A DNA stretch of 63,908 nucleotides, filler included, from Folioceros fuciformis (taxonomy: Eukaryota), in the NCBI GenBank assembly GCA_049999805.1. It is 7 parts of 5 records of this genome, joined end to end, with 100 filler letters (N's around TTAATTAATTAA, not from the genome) between each part and the next. Parts side by side here need not be neighbours in the genome. Positions count along the whole stretch, not along the records: positions 31,974 to 45,737 come from JBNGIO010005932.1; positions 45,838 to 53,754 come from JBNGIO010005935.1; 5 more parts are not named here. The stretch is one strand, 5' to 3'. The notes below the pieces were generated by a model. It made no database searches and was not told the DNA's origin. It was given only the letters and a program-made list of their open reading frames with translations. The translations under genes were made by a program, and so were the position numbers. Shown here in pieces: positions 34,773-46,508 of this stretch (position 1 is its first letter; every line of letters begins with the position of its first letter).

Positions 34773-36414
34773 TGAAAGAATCGATAGAGGAGCATGGTGA
34801 AGGAGAGGAGAGAAGAAGAGAGCAGGAGAGGAGAAAGAGAAGTCTCATAGTGTCCCTCACAGCTCTATTGCAAAGGGAGCTCAAGAGGGTATTTATACCC
34901 TCTAGAAAAGCTCCCAAGGAAGCTTCACAAGAAGCTCACAGGAAGCTTTACAAGAAGCTCATAGGAAGCTATGCAGGAAGCTTCCTACAGATTAGCTTAA
35001 GCTAATCTAAACTAATGATACTTAATTAGACACTAATCTTAGACTAATCACATTAATCTAAGCACATTGGGCTTTAATAACCCTACAACCTCCCACTTAA
35101 AGGCCAATTTACCTTCATAAGAGAGTGGTCTACCTCATGCCCATGAGTGTTCGAGCTTGTGCAAATTGCTCTATAGAGAGCCCCTTGGTAAGAACATCTG
35201 CAGGGTTCTGACTGGTGTGAACTTTGACAAGCTGTACCCTCTTGTCTTCCAACACCTCTTGAGTGAAGTGATACGTCACTTCCACATGTTTGGTCTTCGC
35301 ATGAAACATTGGATTCTTTGCCAATTGGATAGCACTCTAGCTATCACAATGCAACATTGGCAGTGCAACCTTGATCCCTAAATCTCCCACTAGACAAGCA
35401 AGCCACATGGCTTCCTTGCATGCCTCAGTGGTTGCAACATACTCGGCCTATGTGGTAGATAGCGTTATGCATGATTGCAAACGAGATCGCCATGAGACTG
35501 CCCCTCTTGTGCACATGAAGACGTAACCTGATGTGGACCTCTTTTTGTCCATATCCCCTGCATAATCAGCATCCATATATCCCACGACAGATGCATCTTC
35601 ACTACCAAAACATAAGCACAAAGCTTTCGTACCATTCAAAGTACCTCATAACTCCTTTCACTGCCTCCCAATGCTTCCTGCCAGGGTTTGACATAAACTT
35701 GCTAACCACTCCCACTGCAAAGGTAATGTCAGGACGTGTAGCAATCATTGCATACATCAAACTCCCTACAGCTGATGAGTATGGAACCTTCTCCATTTCA
35801 ACTTTGCCCTCCGAAGAGCTTGGGCAATCCTTGCTCGACAGTTTCACATATGGAGGCAACGGAGTACTTAATACCTTCCCCTTCTCCATATTGAAATGTT
35901 GAAGCACCTTGTTAATGTATTCAGTCTGAGACAAGTACAACAAACGCTTCTGTCTGTCTTGACGAATACGCATGCCAAGAATATGGATTGCCTCTCCCAA
36001 GTCTGTCATGTCAAAGCGACCATTCAACTTTGACTTCAACGTTGAAATCTCATCACTGTTAGTCCCAGCAATTAGCATATCATCCACATAGAGGACCAAA
36101 ATGAGCAAGCTTCCATCCTTAGCTTGCTTCGTATAGAGGCAATGATCCTCATCGCTACGCTTGTAGCCTTGAGAAAGCACAAATGAGTGGAACTTGAAAT
36201 ACCACTCCCTAGGTGCCTGCTTCAAACCATAAAGGCTCTTCTTTAACCTGCACACTAGATTCTCTTTGCCCTTCTCAATGAAACCCTTTGGTTGCTGCAT
36301 GTATACCTCTTTCTGGAGATCACCATGCAAAAATGCCGACTTCACATCCATCTGGACAAGTTCCATGTCGAGCCTCGCAACCAGACCAAGAACACATCGC
36401 AAGGTGGTCATTTT
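34773..36414 (-). mobile_element. 3' part of copia element E (3' LTR 34773-35087, PPT, RNase H, RT), broken at about 36414
   Basis: RT (LKQAPREW, YVDD) and RNase H (DADYAGD, ADVLTK). TG..CA LTR next to CCTCCCACTT. The RT sequence stops abruptly upstream of KMTTLRC. Confidence 0.85.
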
Positions 36415-37656
36415 GTGGGGGAGTCGCAGCAAGTTGACCTGTCGCGCCTGACCTCAACGATGGTGCAGGCCTAGGCAGATATGCTGGACCAGGCTGCCAA
36501 GGCACTAACCTGGCTAAGCATGTAGGTGGAGAGGGAAGCTGAAGCCCGGGGGAAGGAGGCTGAAGCTTGGGAGAAAGAGGCCGAAGCCTGGAGGAAGCTG
36601 GCTGAGTCCGAAGCAGAACGGCAGCACCTGGAAGAAGCGTGACAGGCCCTGAGCGTGGCCAAGGAACAAGTGGAGGAGGAAGTCCGCCGGGCGAGGGAAG
36701 AGGTGCAAGCGTTGAAGGAGCAGCAAGAGACGCTCCTAGCTCAGGTGAGGGAAGCCCATGGGACTAACCAAGAAATGCAATAGGAGTTAGTGAGGGCACA
36801 GGAGCAGGAAGCGGCGGCGGTGGAGCAAGTGCAGAAGCTGGCCGACAGGTACAAGCGGGAGCGGGACGAGGGCCGGAATCGGGTGAAGGGGAAGGGCAGA
36901 GCCAGTCAAGGTAGCCGAGCGACAACGGAGGTAGCCGAAGACGCTACCGGTAGAAGAGAGACAATGCCGGTAGAGGAAGTCCCGACCCCAGTAGCTGAAA
37001 GGGTGAATATGGAGGTACATGCGACCCGACGGTCTAGAAGAGCGACCCGCACCAGGAGGACTGAGCAGGGAGGAGCAGCAGCTGAGGGAATGGAAGATCC
37101 TCCAGTACCCCTGGAGAGCAGAGGGCAGACAGCCTGAAGTAGCCCACGGGAGGAGGGGGTAAGCGCTCCCTTTGCAACAGAGGATCGGATTGTGTTGCAG
37201 TATGAGGAGGAGGCCACTTATGTGCCTGGCCTCTATGTGGAAGGAGCCCGAGTTCTGAAATTGATTTTATATGTGCGTGTGGGCTTAGGAGGGACGAGGG
37301 GCTACGGCCTGCAACTGAGGACCTGTAAGGGGTCCTACTACTACCGCTGGCAGGTGTGGGGATTGCCTCATTGTTATTCAGAGGCAGTCCTAGTGGAGTT
37401 GACAGAGGAGGAGGCGCAGGCGTGGGTTGAACGGGAGCTGGTCCTCATCCTCAGCAATCGGCGACGAGAGGAGGAGAGGAGTCCCCTGCGACGAGACCCA
37501 CCTGCACCGCCACTAGCAGTGTTCAGCAATGAGGTGCAGATCCTTTGGGAGGATCTGCCAACCCAATGGCAGGGAAGGCGAGCCAGAGGCGGGACAGCGA
37601 GAGGAGGAGCGCGACGGTCAAGAGGAAGGCGAATGCGGCAAGGAGAGAGGCGATAG
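36415..37656 (+). pseudogene. Degraded coiled-coil ORF plus a second ORF, probably retroelement accessory sequence
   Basis: Glu/Ala/Arg-rich heptad sequence readable through TAG/TGA stops, followed by ORF 37192-37656. No recognised family. Confidence 0.4.
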
Positions 37657-38465
37657 TAAATGCACCTTAAAATAGATTTTTTTTAGAGACGGTTTTTGCT
37701 TAGACCTATGCCGCTCATAATTAAGAGCACGTGCTGACCCCTGACCAGACTTAATAGCGGAAGAGGACCTGCCACCAGCGTGTACAAGAGGCCTGTTGGC
37801 ACCTCAGAAAGTAGCAAGCAAAAAATCGACATTCCGAACTTGAGGAAGTGTGGCGATGGCCGCTATTGGATAGGGAGATCCTGAGAGGCGAGCGCACGCA
37901 GTGTTCCTGGGTGGCGGCGTTCAGGTTGCGATTGCTCCGCGACAGTGGTTTCGTGGATGAATCGGGAGGAAGAGCCTCACCGAGTGGAAGCCGGTCTTCC
38001 CTACTATCCCCATTGCTTTCCCGTCATGTATGGTGGTGGGAGCAAGAGGATGAATCCACCAGTTGCGGAGTGGAAGCGACAATCGCATCCCTTATTCCCT
38101 AGTGTTCCTGCCACCTCCTTAATCATGGAGAAGGAGAAGAAGACCTGGAGGAGAGCGAGTTGAAGAGAGGAAGAGTCAAGAAGAGAGTCGATCGAGGGTT
38201 GATTGAGTAAGAAGAAGTTGGGAGAAGCAGAGAGTGTGCGAGACGTGAGGGTGAAGTAGAGTGGCTGCAGACCAAGGGAGACTAAGAGTGTTGTGTGACG
38301 AAGTAGCGGCGTGGGTGACGGGGAAGTGACCAGCGTGTTTGAGGATCTAAGTACCTGAGGAGTTGTCGAGTTGATGGTGTGAAGTGGTGGGTTGTACTGA
38401 CTGAGGGGTCACCGCGGCTGCGTGCCGTCGCGCGGCACCTGGCTATTTGTATGTGTGTTTGATAC

Positions 38466-40893
38466 TGTTGCAGATAATTACAATACATATAATACATTAG
38501 TTACACATTGGGTTATACCTAAAACGAAAGGGTAAACCCTAAATACAGTTATGTAACCGTTTCACAGGTACAGGGTACATGCCCCTGACCCCCAGCATAT
38601 TCAAGTCAATCCTTGTTGCAATGTTTGGTGCGTGCTGAGATCGATCTGAGAATTCGTCAGTGCATACCAAAAACTTAACTTGGTATCAAAGCCGCGAGGC
38701 TCGTTCCTTGATGTGCACATGGAAATCATTTTTATACTCTATTAGTTGTGACACAATGTTGGGGTTCTTGGACCCGCCAGCCAATTAATCCCTAGGTCTT
38801 CTGGAAGGATGCCTCGCAGAAATTTTTGCGCCCAATCCTGGCCAGAGACAGAAGGCAGAAGGGCGTGCCAGTTGACTGATTCAGAATTCAAAAGGAGGTA
38901 CTTCAAGAAGTTTGCATCCGATGCAAAGAAAACAGACAGGGCCCAGTTCCTTACCACCTTCCTTGACTCTTTTGCCTCAGCCTCTAACAATCATAAGTGT
39001 GCAACCTGTGATAAACCTGTACCAAGAGATAAGGGAGTTCAGTTCTATCGATCATCAGGCACTAAAAACATAAAGAAATTGAAGCCTCAACCTGAGACGT
39101 TTTCAAAGCAGGAAGTAATTCAATTTAATTCTAAATATCAAGAGTACAGTTTTGGAATACACTACCAGGATTGATAACGTGTTGTCCAGGCAAGAGAAAC
39201 TTGAGAGCCTTCATGTTTCAGACCTGATGGCACTTGCGAAACAGGAGCAGGAGACACCAGGACAACACCAGGAGGCACAGTTAAGAATTGGAACTTAAAG
39301 GACGAACTAGAGTAGGCGTCCAAGGACAGGAAGGTACGTACCATACTTGTGTCTTCTGTCTCACATGAGATGATTCCTCATATAAAACTAACCCAGTCCT
39401 CAAACGAAGTCTGGTCACTTTTATCTGAGACTTATGAGTCAAAAGACATGATGACTGAGGTAGCTGCAACACTGCACTTCCAGAATCTTCGCATGAAGGA
39501 GACCGACTCTGTTGAGAGTCATGTTGCTAAGTTTAGGGCTGCTAGAGCCAAACTAGCATCTTGCAGAAGTCATCCTATCTGAGTCTAGGGCTGCTGTACA
39601 GCTGCTAGCCTCACTCCCTCCTAATTATGAGCAGTTCAGTTCCAATCAACAAGCAATAGCAATTGTAGTTCCTGCCACTCCCACTCAGCCTGCATCATCA
39701 GACCTCATTGTTCAGAAAGTTGTTGGAGCCCTGTTACAGGCTGAAGCCAATAGGAAACACATGCAAAAGGGAGCATCCTCTAGTTCTTACAAGCAACGTG
39801 ACACTGCCCTTTATTTTGTCAGAGGTCGAGGTAGAGGCAGGTGGGTTTAGGAAGAGGATGTGGACAGTCCTTCCAGCCCAACTCAAACTCCTCTTCATCA
39901 ACCAAGCCTGGTAACTGCAATTACTGCAACAAACCAGGACATTGGGTTAAAGACTGCAGGAAGAGGATCAGAGACAAAGCAGCGAAAGGCAAGCACACAT
40001 TAGAATCAAATATAGCCAGAGCAAGCACACTTGGTTTACTGGTGGCGTGCCTTACCTCATCAAGGAAAGGATGTCAGAAGTGGTTCCTTGACAGTGGGGC
40101 CTCGAAGTACATGTGTTCAAAGAGAAAGTCATTTCTTACTTATGAGTCTTCCCTGGTGTGCCATCAAACTGCAGTAGTATTGGGAGATGATTCTACAATA
40201 ACCATCAGGGGTTCTAGAACTATACATATTACCTTGAAGGATGGCAGTTTCCTGTTTTTAGAAAATGCTTTACATGTTCCCGCAACTACTAAGAATTTGG
40301 TTAGTACAATGGCACTTGGAAAGACGAATCAATACAGGATAACTTTTGAAAGCACAGAATTTTACATTTCGAGGTTGTCAGCTCCAACTGTTCCCATTGC
40401 ACGAGGAAAGCCACTCTTTGATCTCTATCTTATGGATTTTATATCAGATGTACCTCCAGTGTCTGCAATTGCATCAATTGTATCAGCTCCAAACAAGTTA
40501 GCTACGAGTGCCTTTAAGTGGCACTGTAGGTTGGGGCATCCAAATATCAAAGCTATGCAAAGACTGCTGAAAGAGAAGATGGTAACTGGATTTAGTGAAG
40601 TTGAGTTACTTGAACTTGATCTGTGTGTTGCTTGCGTGCATGGTAAACAATCCAAATCACATTTTGGAAGTGGAAGACCTCGCAAGGCAACTGAACTGTT
40701 AGATTTGGTCCACATAGACATTTGCGGACCAATGTCAATTAACTCATGGGGAGGAGCAAGGTATTTTGTAGTGCTTGAAGATGATAGGTCTCATTTTACT
40801 GTTACTGAACTTCTTCATCAGAAGAGTCAGGTCTTTGACAGCTTCAAAAGATACCTAGCATATGGAGAGAGGCAGACTAGACTGAAGCTAAAA
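38466..40893 (+). mobile_element. 5' part of copia family D: 5' LTR 38466-38680, PBS, gag, protease, partial integrase
   Basis: PBS TGGTATCAAAGCC at 38681; CNYCNKPGHWVKDC, DSGAS, WHCRLGH and HIDICGP. The integrase is cut at LKLKC by an insertion. Confidence 0.9.
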
Positions 40894-43800
40894 TGTATAG
40901 ATTTATGGTGAGTCGATAGGGTAGGTAGGTTGTGTGGCAGATAGGACACGGGCTTTGGTTCCTTGGGGTAAGGTAACGGAGGAATAGGAAACCCTAGGAC
41001 GTCGTGGAAGGCGAGTGGGGGGTCCTCTGGCTATTGCTGGTGGAAGCTGGGGATGGAGATGGAGGTGTCAGGACGCTGCCCTAGTGCATCGGGATCACTA
41101 GAGCACAGGTGGCCAGATTACCAGACCGGTGGGATCCGGGGCGGTGGCCTAGATCTAGCCGGATTCGTCAGGCAGGAGCCAGCTTGCGGCCTCTGGGCAA
41201 GCGGCCGGCAGTAGGCTGGCAGGAGGGCTGGCTGGCGAATCGGCTGCAGGGGATCCAGCCAGACAACCTGGACGGCCCGGATGGGCGGCAGGGAATCTGG
41301 GAGGCCCAGGCTGGTGGCTGGCTAGGGGCTCCAGATGGCCGGGGTGGATCCGGGTAGCCAAGCTGACGGGCTGGCCTCTGGCCAGTCGGGGACCTGGCTG
41401 AATCGGGGCCGAAGTCGCCAGGCTGAAGGCGGCGAGTTCTGCTGGGCGACCTAGCTGGTCATGGCTGGAGCAGGGCGGTGGCTCGGATCGGCAGGTCGGG
41501 GGGGCTCCCGGGCTGGATATGGAGGCCAGGGGCCGGCTAGTGGCACTGGCCAGTCGGCCTGGGCAAGCCGCGGCGCTAGCAGGCCGGGGCTCGGCTAAGG
41601 TCCCGACGGGGTCTACCAGGCAGACGACAACTCGGTCACGCTGCAAGCAGGCGACAGCCAGGGGAGTCGGGCAAGCGGGCAGGCTGCCTGGCTAAATCCA
41701 GGCCGGGCTGGCCAGCAGCCGATTCCAGGCACGCGAGCCGGTTGGTAGGGGGGCCTACTTGATTCGGCTGGCTTCCCAGCTGCATCTAGCCAGCCCACAG
41801 GCTGGCCAGGCCACACGCAGCAGCAGCCGTGGATGGCGTGCGATTGGATGGCGGGCAGGATCGATCGGCAAGCCTGGCGGGTTGAGCTAGGCTTGGCCAG
41901 ATCCTGACCGGCAGGACACTCCGAGCATGGCAGGCCGAGGCCGAAGTCGGAAGCCGGGCGGTGACCTGGCTGCAGGATCCCGGCTGGTGGCGGGCAGCCA
42001 AAATGGACCCAAGTCAGCCAAGCCGGGGGGGAAACAAACTGGTTGTGGCTGGAGGTGGCTGCTGGCTAGAAAGGTAGCCAGCAGTGCCTGGCCGGGGGGG
42101 AGTGTATGCGGTTGGCCAAGGTGGATTCAGGCCGACTGGCTGGGCCTGGCTAGTCGGCGGGCTGGGCTGATTGGGGCCGGCTAGCAGGTAAGGCCTAGGA
42201 GAGGCAGGCCGGGGGAATAGAACGGGTGGCTAGTCGGGCGGATCCTGGTAGGTGGGCCTGGCTGGATCGCCATGCGGCCGCTAGCTGGCTGCAGTAGCAA
42301 ATCGGTCTACAGGCTGGCGGGTTGGATTTAGCCAGCCAGGGGACCGGCCTGGCTGCAGCTAGAGGCGGCCAGGCAGGCAGCCCGAGGTGGCACTGGATCC
42401 AGGCCAGACGGGCCTTGGGCTGATCCAAGTGGTAATGGTTGGCAGGCGGATCCCGCCAGGCAGCGAGCAGGCAGGCAGCTTGGCCCATCAGCATGGCAGG
42501 CGGGCACCTGGTTGGATCGGCAAGGCAAGTAGCAAGGGGGCCGGCTCAGCAGTGACTAGCTGCTGAGCAGCAACCAGGCGGTCAGGGGCCGATCAGGGTG
42601 CGGATCCGTTGGCTGGGGCGGCTAGGGGAGCAAGCATGTCGTCTGGCTGGTAGGAACTGGCTAGGGTAGGTTCACGGCGAGATGCTAGGCGGCGTGGCTC
42701 GTCTTGGCTGAGCACAGTGGCCTGGTTGGCTGCCTTAGGTAGTCGATCGCTCGGCCCAGAAACAGCCAAGAGGGGCCGGGATGGTGGGCGGCTGGGGTCA
42801 GATGATTTAGAAGCCAGGCCAAACCACAGGAGTAGATTAGGATGAAGGTAGGCGAGCCAAGCATACCGGACCCAGGGGGGGAAATGGTCGCCTAGCCAGG
42901 TCTCGACAGACGGCCCGGCCGACGACCGGCAACAAGGAGGCGAGCCTAAAATCAGGATTGTGGGGGAGACTCTTGAGGCTTGGCAAGCATCCCCCGCCGC
43001 AGGACTGCTGGCCCAGGGATGTCTGGAGGATGGACCCTGGCTGGTGTGCATAGAACGGCCTGGTTGGCAAGATAGGCAGCCATGGACAGTGGCCGAGACA
43101 GGCTGCAAGAGTATCCAGCCGGCGCAGACCTGGCAGCTAAGGGTCTCTGGCCAGCTGGTTGGGCAAGCGGGACAAAGTGGATCTGAGGGGGGTTGGGCTA
43201 GCGGCCTGGCTAGCTGTCTTAGCCAGGCAAATGCCCGGCCGCGAGCAACCGTGATGAGCCGTGACGGCTGGCCGAACAAGGGGGTTGCTGGCTGGAGATG
43301 GCGGTGAGGAGTCTGGTTAGCAACCCAACCTGCTCCAATTGCAAGCAAGTAGTAGGTGGCCTACGGGCTGGTCGCCTGGCCAGATCCAGGCAAAGGCAGG
43401 CGGGCCAGTCGAGTCTGGTCGGCTGGCCAACTAGCTGAATCAGGAAAACGGCAGGCGACTCGGCAACCAGGCGAGCTAACTGAATCCAGTCCCGATCAGC
43501 CGGAGACCGAGCAGCTGGGATTGTCGAAGTTTGGCTGGAAGTAGGGCTAGGGGAGTCACGGCGTGTTGGCCAAATCCAGGCGGTGGCTGAGGATAAGCGG
43601 TTGAATCCGAGAGCACCTAGGCACGGACGGACTTGCACTTAGTGCACTACAAACCAAGGATAGCGGCTTGTTCCAAATTGGTCAAACCAGGTGCAGTGTA
43701 GATCAACTGACCCCATCGGCGATTCTGTATGGTCGTTCCTTCGAGTTGGACAGAATGGTCTCAACCGGATCTAGCAGCCGAAGAATAGCCAGATGGCTGG

Positions 43801-44327
43801 TTGGACAGCCAGTAGGCCTAACAGCCGAGTAGGCAGCTGCCCAGGGGAAAGACAGGGGATGTAGACAGGTAATGCCCAAGGATGACAGCCTGACACTGAA
43901 ACACTGGTTGTAGACTACTGCCAGGCAATTTTAGGGCGTGGACTGCCCCACCCAAGCATCGAAGGCAAGGGTAGTACACCCCCTGTACCATGGCAGCCAA
44001 TGGCCGTAATTAGCATACGGCTTGCCATCCGCGGTTAGTGGGTTGGAACTGACTCGCTACCACAGGCAGAGGGCCGGATGCTAAATGCGGCGATGATGGA
44101 TGGTGTGTGCCATGTCAGGACGCGACGACCTAGGGCTATCCGCTCAAGGGCATCAGTCCAGCAGACCAGTCCAGCAGCTTGGAGGGTGGTCCGCTAAGAA
44201 CATAAGTGACACTTAGCTTTCCATCCATGAGTCGCAACTCTGGTTGCTTGTAGGCCGAAGGCCTAGCCTAGGGCCAAGAGTCTTGGCCAGCCGTGGCCAG
44301 CAGGATGGAGGGAAGGACCTGAAGCAG

Positions 44328-44620
44328 GTTAGGTGTGGGTTAGACTTAGGTTAGGTCTAGGCTAGGTTTAGGTCAGACCTAGGGCAGGATAAGTTAGGTC
44401 TGGGTTAGACTTAGGTTAGGTCTAGGTTAGGTTTAGGTCAGACCTAGATCAGATTAGGTTAGGTTTAGGTCAGACCTAGGTTAGGTCTGGTTTAGACTTA
44501 GGTTAGGTCTAGGTTAGATATGGGTTAGGTTTAGGTCAAATCCAGGTTAGGTCAGACCTAGATTATGTTAGGTTAGGTCATACCTAGGTCAGGTTGAGGT
44601 CAGAACTTGGTTAGGTCAGA
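44328..44620 (+). repeat. Degenerate (TTAGG)n-like pentamer array
   Basis: Mixed TTAGG, CTAGG, TTAGA and TCAGA units. Confidence 0.85.
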
Positions 44621-45101
44621 GAGAGGAGGTGGGGTAATTGATTCAGGTTAACCCTAGTAGACAGAGATAGAGGGGAGGCAGTATAAGAGGGGAGATATGC
44701 CATTGAGAGGGGAGCTGTCTACGGTGCGATTTCCCTGGACCTTGTGTGCAGAACTCCTGGCTTAGGGCGCTGACCCGGTTGAGACTAAACCAAGGTCCTG
44801 ATTTCCCTTGCCACTAGGGGAACGTGGAGGATCCCAAGACTGCCAAGATCCGTGTGGCCGGATCCACAAGGGCTAAATGATTCACAGGCTGGCTGAAGTG
44901 AAGGGACAAGACCGTGAGCCAGGAGGGCTATCCAGTCCTAGTATCCACACCACACCTGAAGGCTGCAAGGAATGAAGTCATTGTGTCCCAATTTCCAGGA
45001 ATAGCTGAAGCAAAGAGAGGAAGAGTTCGAGTGAAGTGCATAAAAGTGAAGAGTGAGCTGCTGAGGTTCAGTTGTGTGTGCTGAAGTGAAGGGTGAAGTA
45101 C

Positions 45102-45389
45102 TGAAGTGAGGGAGGAAGGATTGAAGTGGGAAGCATGAGGAGCTGACGTGAGGAAGGAAAGACTGAAGTGGGAAGCATGAGGAGCTGAAGTGAGGAAGGA
45201 AGGACTGAAGTGGGAAGCATGAGGAGCTGAAGTGAGGAAGGAAGGACTGAAGTGGGAAGCATGAGGAGCTAAAGTAAGGAAGGAAGGACTGAAGTGGGAA
45301 GCATGAGGAGCTAAAGTAAGGAAGGAAGGACTGAAGTGGGAAGCATGAGGAGCTCAAGTGAGGAAGGAAGGACTGGAGTGGGAAGCATG
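45102..45389 (+). repeat. 42-bp purine-rich minisatellite, about 7 copies
   Basis: Units of TGAAGTGAGGAAGGAAGGACTGAAGTGGGAAGCATGAGGAGC. Confidence 0.9.
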
Positions 45390-45737
45390 TATTGAGTTAT
45401 CGAGCTCTATATGAGCTAAACTCATGTGGTGTTAGTTATCCCAGTTGGGTTCATACTAGACTAGTTCTAGTTATTAGTGAACTTAGGATAGTGTAGATTA
45501 TCCCATATTGAACCTGGAAGTTGTGTAGCCCTAAATGTACTACTTAAATGGAGACCTCGGACCTCCATAGTAAGACAGTGGTGATGTGTATTGTTTTCAT
45601 GGTTGTGATCACCAATACCACCCTCTCTTCTCTCCTCTCCTCTCCTACACTTGCACGTAGACTGGAGTCGATCCTATTGACATGGTGTCAGAGCCCGGTG
45701 CAGGCGGTGCAAGATCGGCGTAGGAGGTGCTGCAAGA
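45390..45737 (+). mobile_element. 5' LTR (45390-45682) and PBS of copia family F
   Basis: Near-identical to the reverse complement of solo LTR 51415-51707; followed by TGGTGTCAGAGC (tRNA-Met PBS). Confidence 0.9.
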
Positions 45738-46082
45738 NNNNNNNNNNNNNNNNNNNNNNNNNNNNNNNNNNNNNNNNNNNNTTAATTAATTAANNNNNNN
45801 NNNNNNNNNNNNNNNNNNNNNNNNNNNNNNNNNNNNNATCGCGTTGCGGCGCTCCGGATTGTGGATGGAGCATAAAGCGGGAGAGGGGAGAAGGCGGTTT
45901 CTCCCCATTCGCCTCCCCGTCCATTAATTGCGGGGGGTGGGCGCGGCTCGGCAAACGGGCGTGCGCCCACAATGGGCGTCCGCGATGGGGCCGTTCGGGC
46001 CAACCGGCCCGTACCCGCTCCCGCGACGGTACCGACTATATACAAAAAAAAAAAGGAAAAAGAAAGATATACTAACATGTTG

Positions 46083-46146
46083 AGCCTACCTGGATTCGAA
46101 CCCACAACCTCCAACCCCTGTATGAATGGATTGACTACTACACCAA
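46083..46146 (-). other. tRNA-derived degenerate element (Pol III A/B boxes)
   Basis: Minus strand reads TTGGTGTAGTAG ... GGAGGTTGTGGGTTCGAATCC. No complete cloverleaf. Confidence 0.5.
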
Positions 46147-46249
46147 TGCATTTTGGTTGTAAATAGGTGGGTCTCGCCTGTACTAAACTTTGTATGAGCA
46201 GAAGTACAAAGGCATTAGACTTCACCCCTATATTCATAGCGAGTGGGAG

Positions 46250-46508
46250 TGATGAAATGGGTCTAGATTAGGGCACTATTCATTTGGGCCTCGTAACTTT
46301 AAACATTATTATCTACCTAGGGTTTATTTAGGTAGTTAGTGGTTATATTAGTTATATTAGTTGTAACCGCTTACGGTTGCAACTACTTCGGTTGCAACAA
46401 CTTATGGTTGCAACCGCCCAACCACCTAGCCTATTTAAAGGCTTGTACTTTACTCATTAATTGATTCCGTTGTTTTCTTTCCTATCTGAGAGCTATTGAA
46501 TCTCATCA
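46250..46508 (+). mobile_element. LTR (TGATGA...TCATCA) preceded by a PPT-like tract
   Basis: Inverted termini, TATA-like CTATTTAAAGG and upstream GAGTGGGAG. It supplies the stop codon of the methyltransferase ORF. Confidence 0.65.

Larger units (their letters stand above)
40894..45389. mobile_element. GC-rich, repeat-laden non-coding insertion (possibly a very long LTR or non-autonomous element)
   Basis: Begins with TG exactly where the family D integrase breaks. About 3.4 kb of degenerate GGCTGG/CCAG/CTAG motifs, then TTAGG-type pentamers and a 42-bp minisatellite. No credible protein. Confidence 0.5.

Noticed and set aside
41109-44000. Many overlapping Pro/Ala/Gly/Trp-rich ORFs
   Set aside because: Expected by chance in GC-rich low-complexity DNA; no motifs recognised.
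44328-44620. True interstitial telomere
   Set aside because: The units are degenerate pentamers embedded in a larger insertion, not clean TTTAGGG or TTAGGG arrays.
45102-45389. CRISPR-like array or 14-aa repeat protein (ORF 44938-45357)
   Set aside because: Head-to-tail 42-bp units have no unique spacers and there are no cas genes; the ORF is a by-product of a repeat length divisible by 3.
46083-46146. Functional tRNA gene
   Set aside because: Only the boxes are recognisable; the acceptor and anticodon stems do not pair convincingly.
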